Below are positions 57,012 to 64,000 of a stretch of DNA of 64,000 nt, piece after piece. Positions within the stretch are counted from its first letter, which is position 1, and each line of letters begins with the position of its first letter. Below the pieces are notes generated by a model. That model made no database searches. It was not told where the DNA came from and saw only the letters and a list, made by a program, of their open reading frames with translations. This DNA comes from Amoebophrya sp. A120 (Eukaryota > Protista > Dinoflagellata), in NCBI GenBank assembly GCA_905178155.1, contig CAJINV010000003.1:6508570-6572569 (forward strand), read 5' to 3'. Made by a program: the position numbers and the translations under genes.

Positions 57012-60000
57012 ATGGGCGACGCTACGCGACCAGCCTCTCTGACACTCCGACCCTGTCCTCCCGTGTTGTCGCAAGTTCGCTCCTTTCGACTTGCATCTCG
57101 CAACATCTTGCCCACGAAACTTGCTGCCGGTTCGTCGTCCAGCATCGCTTTGTTCATCGCCTCCGTGGTATTAATATTAGTGTTGTCACCGTGGTCGAGC
57201 AGCTGCACCGTTGCAGCAGAAAGCTCGTCTACTGCAATATCGTGAGGAAAGATCCCCTCTTCCCATACTCACAATGGAAATTTGTGATGCTGGTTTGTGG
57301 CCACAAATCAACGTTGTCTTGCATATGAGGCAAATGGGAGCCGTGTGGCGCACTTCACAGCCAAACTGTCACGCGCTTTTGCCTACTGCAAGGCTTTGTG
57401 TCATGCCTGAGTGCTAGCCTTTCGTATACCTAATCAGGCTCAGGAAATGCCTGCAAGCGCTTGCTGCAATACAGCGCTGATTTGTGATGTACACAAATCC
57501 AGCAACTCAGTACTCGGTCGTTGGGAAGGATGTCCGGGGTCTCCGTCTCATCGGTTCTAGATGTCTGGCGTGAGTTTGTGAAATAGGGGGCAGTGGTTGG
57601 CTTAGGTTTGCGGAGTACTTCTGAAAAGAGGCTCCCATTCCTTCTTCCAGGCAGTCGTGATCTTTGATCGCTGCCACGCGGAGCCACCCCCTTTTCTCAC
57701 CCCCAGGGGGTTGTGGACCTGGCAAAACCGATGAGTTCGGTCTGCTGACTGTTCCACTTCCTCTTAGCGGTACCAGTTTCGCCCACGCCCACAAATCCAG
57801 CAACAGAAATTTCCGTTTGAATACGGGGAGGGGGCCTGTTTCACTTTGATATGCAAGTTTCTCACCCCCTGGTATAATTGACGAAGCGGACCGCGCCGCG
57901 GCCGCGACCAGGAACGGCGACGCGGGGAGCGCCGAAGAGACTGCGACAGGACACACGACATCAACCGGGCGTACGGGTAGTACTGCGGAACGTGCAGAGC
58001 AACAAAATGGGGCTCCCACGGATAATTCCGTCGGGCAAGGACTTGGCACAACCTCCACCGGGGGGCGCCAGCACTTGCCGACCGCAAAAGGGGACGCTGC
58101 GTCGCAAGAGCATCCGCGGCGCGCAAGCGGGACTCGTAGTACAGAGAACAATCTGCGCCAGCCGCCGGCGTGGCGCCCAGCGGCTGGCAGTAGTACACCG
58201 TCCGAACTCAATCTCAACCCTTTCGAAAAGCGTTGGCTACATATGGCAAGAATGGAGCGGCAGCTACGGGCGGCCCATGCAGCGAGGGCGCGCGGACGTT
58301 TGCCCGCTCTTGACAGTGCCGACAAGCCAAAGGCGTCGGTGGATGATCGGTTCCCGATCTTTAGTGAAGTCGCAGGAAAATCAAGCAGTACAAGTGTCCC
58401 TTCGGGGGTGGACAATCACTATACAACCCGTCGTGTTGCCCCCGCTTACGCCGCTGCCGGCGAAGACCTCTCACCGGCGCCACAGGAGGAACCTCAACAT
58501 GAAGTAGAATTCGGATCATCCGCAGGGAAATCGGTAGCCGAAAAAGAGTCGCAGGCGGGGACCCGAAGTGATAGTACGGTGACAAAATTCGACATGCTGG
58601 CACCTGGTCGACCGCGGCGCGGACTGACAAGTAGCTACCGGTCGTTCCAACCGCCCCAAAGCTATGAGGAAGTCGCCCTGGACGCCAGCACAGCAACGTC
58701 AAATATGAACAGTGTCACGAACTCGTGGACTCCTGCGCAAGCCTTTGACGGCACGAAGGGATCAGGCACCCCATTTCGTAGCGCGAGGGGAAATAACCCC
58801 TATTTGAAGGCCGACTTTCCAACACCAGGAGTGGAGGTGGTCAAGATCGAAGTATACCCATTCGTAGAGAATTGGTGGTACTTTGTTGTTCATGGCGTCT
58901 CCAACAACCAGGGATGCGACACAAATAATGATGCTGAAGCATGCTGGGAAGGATCGGACACGGACCTCGAAATGGGTGTTGGGACAGGAACTTTCGTTAG
59001 CACCGACCTACCAAACAGTGGGGGCGCCACGATGTGTGGTTATACTGACGAGTGGAAGGAGGACGATGGTTCTGTCCCGCGCGAAGTCAGGGTACAGGAT
59101 GTCGTGAACTCGCAAACTGTTACTCAAAGGGGCATTCCGTGTCCGGACGCAAATCATTGCAACATGCGCGTGGCGGAAATGTTTTGTCCACGAGGCAGCA
59201 AGGCAGATTGGCTGTTTGTGCGGCTTCCAGGAAATCGGGAGTTTCGGTTGACCGAGGTAACTGCCTACGTGAGAGCTGAAATTAGCCACGACCAAGTACG
59301 CCAGATCTTCCTTCCCAACGCCCCGACTCCGGAGTTTAAGAACGTTCCTGTGGACGAGAGCAGCGCGACGGGCAGCGCAGCCAGCTTGACGACTACCTGG
59401 ATTCCAAGCCAGGCTTTTAACGGTGTTTACGGATGCTATCGCACTGGACATCACTGCAGTAACAATCCGTGGGTGCAGGCCTCCTTCCCCGAAGCATATG
59501 TCGTAGCATATATCGACGTGTACGCTTTTATCGAAAATCCGTGGGGTTTTGTGTCTCATGGCGCGTCTAACTGCGACACGGGCAGTGCAAATGGTGCGTG
59601 TACCGCGACTGCGAATATCAATGCGGAGGTTGGGATAGGCAGTAACTATGGTCTCCCAGGAGAAGCCCCTTGCACGGGTGCCGGAGACACCTCCACTTGT
59701 AATATCAACTACATCCCCGGGGGCTGGTTGTGTGGTGGTGACTCCTCGTCCGACGCGACCATGACACCAATAACGTTGGACTTCGTCGTAAATTCGCCAA
59801 CCGTCCAAGACAGAGGAAAATTCCCGAGGAGCGACCTCAACAGCATGCGGGTTCCTCGAAAGTGGTGTCCACCCCGCCGAACAGACTGGGTGTTTATGCG
59901 GTTGCCGGGGTGTCGGGTTTTCGCGCTCAGCGAGCTCGACGTGTATACCTATGCTTCCAAATGCAGTTATTACATCGAAAATGTGTTTCACTGGTGTAAA

Positions 60001-60313
60001 CGATTTTGCAAGTCTTGCACTACAATTTTTCTACCCAAATCCCAAGGTTGTATACACATGACACGGAAAGTCCGTCATGCGCGGTTTCGAAGGGAAAACA
60101 CCACGAAAAATTCGATGTCTTGCAGTTCTAGCAAGGCAAACACTTTTTGTGCGTGTGTGGCATTCTCTGCATTACAAGTTCACACTGAAACAGTTTTTTC
60201 CGGCGATAGCAGTGACTGGACGAAGCAGATCGCTCATCCGGCCTGCTACGATGCTAAATATTCCCAGGCCACCTCCGGATCGGGCTTGCCAACTCTTGTC
60301 AACTTTAAGAAGC
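57012..60313 (+). CDS. Secreted/surface protein with two tandem ~185-aa beta-rich repeats (fucolectin/F5-8 galactose-binding-like); 3' end interrupted or beyond window
   Basis: Hydrophobic N-terminal segment. Both repeats share WxPxQAFxG...NNP(Y/W)xxAxFP...IxVYxFxEN...FxRLPGxRxFxLxE. In-frame joins after removing 57238-57856 and 59968-60213. Confidence 0.7.
57238..57851. mobile_element. TIR introner, family A, with a nested 283-bp insert
   Basis: Perfect DR tgcaa; joins ORFs 56988 and 58075 in frame. Confidence 0.9.
57507..57789. mobile_element. 283-bp insertion with a perfect 15-bp target-site duplication (SINE- or truncated LINE-like)
   Basis: cacaaatccagcaac at 57492-57506 and 57790-57804; subtraction restores a 316-bp family A copy. 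Confidence 0.8.
59968..60208. mobile_element. TIR introner, stop-free and hidden inside the predicted ORF
   Basis: Perfect DR gcagt; imperfect ~30-bp TIR; 246-nt removal gives KCS|DWTK. Confidence 0.8.
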
Positions 60314-60450
60314 TATGCTTTGCAAATATGTCTGGGTCAGGGTCTGGAAGAATGCAAGACTTGCCATGCTTGTCTGGCATGACAATGACTCTGAGGTCTG
60401 TTATGCATACGCACGAACAGCCCCACTTGCCTGTCATGTTGGGAAGCTAA
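60314..60450. mobile_element. Left arm of a family B introner; right TIR not found in the window
   Basis: tatgctttgcaaatatgtctgggtcagggtctggaagaatgc. Confidence 0.75.
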
Positions 60451-63400
60451 GGGCTGGGCGTCCCTGTCGTTCTCTAAACCTGAAAACTGTAACCACTTAC
60501 TCGACAAACTCTAGGTAGAATAAGTTTGGACAAAGTGATCAGTACCGAGAGACAACAACAAAATGTATGACCGGGCAAGCAAGGTCTTGCGAGCTTGTGA
60601 GTCAAGGCCGACGTTGGTCGGTCTATATTTTATGGGCGGGCTCAACCCGTCCATATTCACGGTAGCCAGAACCTGAGTAGCATGAACAACAGAGCAAGCA
60701 CCTTTTCCGTGCTGATTTTTCTCTCTCGCTCTGCTTGTTACGTGCTGGGTTCTCAGGGAGTTGCACCCCTGCCGATGGTAGCTAGAGTGAGGACGAGATA
60801 TTTCGATTAGAGGTTTCGTTTCGTCGCGGGTCCTTATATTCGGCCCGTGACCGAGGATTTATTGGGAGTTCCTTATTCCGATTAGCGCCCCCGATTTCGG
60901 GGCCGAGTATAGAGCTTTTCACCTGGGTGGACAAGTGGATGTTTTTGATTTTCATCTTGGCCCGGGTATGGTCTCTGAGGAGTCCGCCAGAGTTAGATTT
61001 TCTATCAGGCCTTGGTTCTTTTCATCTTGAGCTGGCTCGGCTTTGTGGCACTGGCGGTAACCAACCCGTTAATCCTAAAAGAGGGCCGGGGATAGATGGA
61101 AAAGGCTGGGGACGCTCAGCGTTCGGCTGGGTTGAGGTTCATACTTTATTTCGCCTGCTGTTGCAGGACATGTTATTATTTGGGCACTCTGTCCCCAGTT
61201 CCACGAGCCGAGCATGAGGCTCAAGATGATAGCTCCAAGGCCGAGATAGATCTCAAATTTTGAGCGATGGTTCCGCTCCGAGGATTTTTGTTTTCGACTT
61301 TCCGGGGCCGATTTTCCCCTGTTTTTTTTTCACGACATGGCGTCGCTATTCTATTTTCACTTCAGGCTATTACCCTCTCGGGGGCTTTCATTTGGGATTT
61401 CTTTTTTCCTGTAGGAGCGGCGTATTTCGATTCCCGAGTCTGATATCTCTTGTCGCGGAGCACAGTCGTGCTTTCCGACTTAGTAGCACTAGAATTCATA
61501 GCTTTCCTGCTCTGTTATTTCGCTTCATGATGTTGGGTCGACGCAAACGCTTCCACGAGAAGCTGCAGCGTGAGAAAGAGAAAAATGCGCGCCAGTTTCG
61601 GGCTCCGGATCCGGGTTCGAGTAAGATAGAGAAGATTTTGCAGGGGGTGCCCCCCTTGCAGTTTTCTGTTCCCACTAGCAGTCGCAAGAGCCGGACATCG
61701 GCGAAGATGTCTTTGGCCTGTAGATTGGCGGCGGATCCTGCGTCCCTGGCGCAGTGTGTGCAGCTTTTGTCATCCATGACCTCGCTGGCGTCAAGTGCGA
61801 CCACTTCGTCGCAGATTCTTCGCTATGAACGCATTACCCGCGCAACCGGGGGGGAGCCTTGGCCGGTTTCCTTTCGGTCCTTGGAAAATTATGTTGCGAT
61901 TTGCTTGGCTACGGGGTACAAGACGTTCGACGATGACATTAGTATTATTTTGAAGCAGGGGAGGAAGTCGGCTGAGCTTTCGCTCAGCGAGGTGGAGGAG
62001 AAGTTTATTTGGTCGCTCCTTTCCAGCCTACGCAGGAAGGGCGTCTTCAACCACGAGCAGAAGTCCCCTATTTTTCGATCGGGGGTGATGCAGATCCCGA
62101 ATGTAGTCGATCGGGCCCAGTTGTTGGTGGTGCTTCTGTTCGGCCTTCGTAAGTCGGAGGCAGCTGAAATCAACAAGGGGATCAAGATTCTTTGGGGCGC
62201 GGAGTCGATTGGGCTAGACTTGCGGGGGGCTATTCTCAAAAGCAACAGCACCCAGGCGATTCGGGTGCGTTGTTCCTGTGCTCGGGGCAAGATGTCCTGT
62301 CTCCATGCTTATAGGGGAATCCTTGACCGTTGTCAAGGGGTCCAGATTGAGCCGATTCTCAAGCGCTACGATTTCGAGACGACTACGCAGAGCCTCCGTA
62401 TAGGTCTTTTATTAACTCTTCTCGCCCAGAAGACCCCGAGCGCAGACATCACGGGCCACATGAGGTGGTCTTCCCCGTGTATGATCTTATATTGCGGTCG
62501 TATGCGGGCGCTTTTCGAAGTGCTTGAGTCGGATTATTCTATTCCTATTTTGTGAGGATTGCGCTAGTTGTCTTTGCTGCAAATAAAATTCCCACCTGTG
62601 TAGGTGCATGAGGCTCTCGCTGGTCCCAAAGTATTCTTTTCGAGAAATTGGCTGTTCTGCAAATGTTTGCTAAATGTTCCGTCTAGTTCCTGAGCTGCGG
62701 TCTACTGCCCGGGTGGGTTTGATCGGAATTTGTGGGGTCTGCTTGATCGGAATTTATTTGCAGCTGACCCCGGACAACGCGATGGTTGTCTTTCTCCCCT
62801 GGAGGGTTCGCTATGCGCTTTATCGGGCGGGACGAATTTCATTTCTTGTGGTATCCAGGGTTACTGTAGTGTCCATCAGGATCTACATCGTGTGAAGAGT
62901 TACGTAGTTAGGAGCACTATCTAGTATTTGGCTGTTCTCAGTTCTTACCTATTTTCAATTTGAATTTTATTTATTTATCATTTCATGATGCCAGACGAAA
63001 TTCAACAGCACGAGGATGTGCAGCAGGCTGCTGCTGCTGCTGCAGCTCCGGCTCAGGGTGCGCCTGACCCGATTTTGGCGGCTTCTTTCGCTGCTTTGAT
63101 GAGTAAAGCGGCTAAAAATGTTGCTGACGATACTCGTGACACCGAGGGCGCCCGGCGCCAGAAGGGCCTAGCCTCGGCGGCCCAGGCCTCTCAGGCGGAC
63201 ACCTGCCGCCGGATTTCCCCGCTTAAATCAGGCTAAAAAATTGCTAAAAGCAAAAGACTAGGCCCCCGGCGGCGTTTCGTCAGTGCGCGCGCCGGGCCCT
63301 GGCTTTGTCCCATGCCTTGCGCCGTGGCCGCGCAGGCATTGGGGCGGCCACCTAGCATCCCCCGGGCTTTGTTTGCCCTCCCTCTTTCAGTTTTGCTCGT

Positions 63401-64000
63401 CGGTGGCGTTTGGGTTCTCCCTGTGGGGTTTCTGCGTTCTCATGGCTCGGCCGGGGCGTCGCCAAAGCAGTCCAGTTCCATCCTTTGGGGCCGCCGCTAC
63501 GTCCGTTTCATGGCGGATCGCCAGCAGCGGCATTTGCCAGCCGCCCGGAGCAAGGAAAGTGCTCCAAGCAGGACAGCGCCTGGGTGAGGCCCGGGGCGAC
63601 CCTCTTTGGCGGGGGAGACGTCGTCTGGGGTGAAGGTGTTTGTTGTTCTGCTCGGGTTGTTTTCTTGCTTCGGACGGCAAGGTTGCGGCTCCTCCGGAAA
63701 GGGCCGGAGTTGGGTCCGGAGTTGGTAATTTTCGGCACTGCTAAAATCGGGATTTGGACTGCTAAAACGATTGCTAATTTGAATGCTAAAATGGCTGACC
63801 CTTGAAAATCGGAACGATTTTCAAGTTTTGGCATTTTAGCACAAAATTAGCAATTTTTTAGCAGACACTTTAGCACGGATTTTAGCAGACGAAAACTGCC
63901 GCGGCGGGATGTGGTTCCAGGGGATTTAGCAGTGAATTAGCACTGAATTAGCAGACTTTTAGCAGAATTTTAGCAGACCGGCCGCCCCCCCAACATCTTG
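60450..64000 (+). mobile_element. YR-encoding element region inserted in or after a family-B introner; boundaries approximate, runs off the window
   Basis: Begins after the unpaired left TIR at 60314 and shifts to T-rich composition. Contains the YR ORF, a short Ala-rich ORF at 62985-63236 and a TTAGCA/TGCTAA repeat block. Confidence 0.55.
61527..62555 (+). CDS. Tyrosine recombinase of a DIRS/Ngaro/Crypton-like element
   Basis: LFGLRKSE (R), LKS (K), CSC...CLH, QSLRIG (HxLR-like), HMRWSS (W) and MILYC (Y) occur in catalytic order. Intronless. AATAAA follows at ~62582. Confidence 0.8.
   Translation: MMLGRRKRFHEKLQREKEKNARQFRAPDPGSSKIEKILQGVPPLQFSVPTSSRKSRTSAKMSLACRLAADPASLAQCVQLLSSMTSLASSATTSSQILRYERITRATGGEPWPVSFRSLENYVAICLATGYKTFDDDISIILKQGRKSAELSLSEVEEKFIWSLLSSLRRKGVFNHEQKSPIFRSGVMQIPNVVDRAQLLVVLLFGLRKSEAAEINKGIKILWGAESIGLDLRGAILKSNSTQAIRVRCSCARGKMSCLHAYRGILDRCQGVQIEPILKRYDFETTTQSLRIGLLLTLLAQKTPSADITGHMRWSSPCMILYCGRMRALFEVLESDYSIPIL

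Noticed and set aside
57540-57790. Hammerhead ribozyme suggested by ccgatgag motifs
   Set aside because: The core is CCGAUGA rather than CUGAUGA, and I could not build the three stems with a correctly placed GAAA.
11184-60450. Recurrent peptides such as KSPLPI / FRYGEGGFF and MSGSGRM / LPDPDI as a protein family
   Set aside because: They are translations of family A and B TIRs read through from exons.
1-64000. tRNA, rRNA or spliced-leader RNA genes
   Set aside because: None recognised by eye; a covariance-model search would be needed to exclude them.

Overview
Eukaryotic genomic DNA. By inference it comes from a syndinian dinoflagellate-like alveolate such as Amoebophrya: all host genes lie on the + strand and most introns are non-canonical. 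The host genes are a low-complexity protein, a FAM173-like lysine methyltransferase, a type-I membrane protein, a thioredoxin/PDI-like protein, a multi-exon EF-hand protein, a hemerythrin (HHE) protein, a secreted atypical SDR, a ~20-kb Cys-rich U-box membrane-protein gene and a secreted repeat-domain protein. The dominant structure is ~38 MITE-like introner elements, mostly 170-460 bp, from several families. They have TA(T/C)...(A/G)TA terminal inverted repeats (TIRs) and 5-bp flanking direct repeats (DRs). In ~35 coding cases checked by hand, removing the element plus exactly 5 nt restores the reading frame, regardless of element orientation or decay of the repeat. Several other structures are superimposed on this: (1) an array of four identical 32-bp repeats separating three unrelated ~1.0-1.3-kb palindrome-rich cassettes inside the U-box gene; (2) a 1.55-kb insert with a 43-bp duplication; (3) retro-like inserts nested in introners; (4) a perfect 125-bp palindrome; (5) a tyrosine-recombinase element at the right end. 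All coordinates were read manually and no searches were run.
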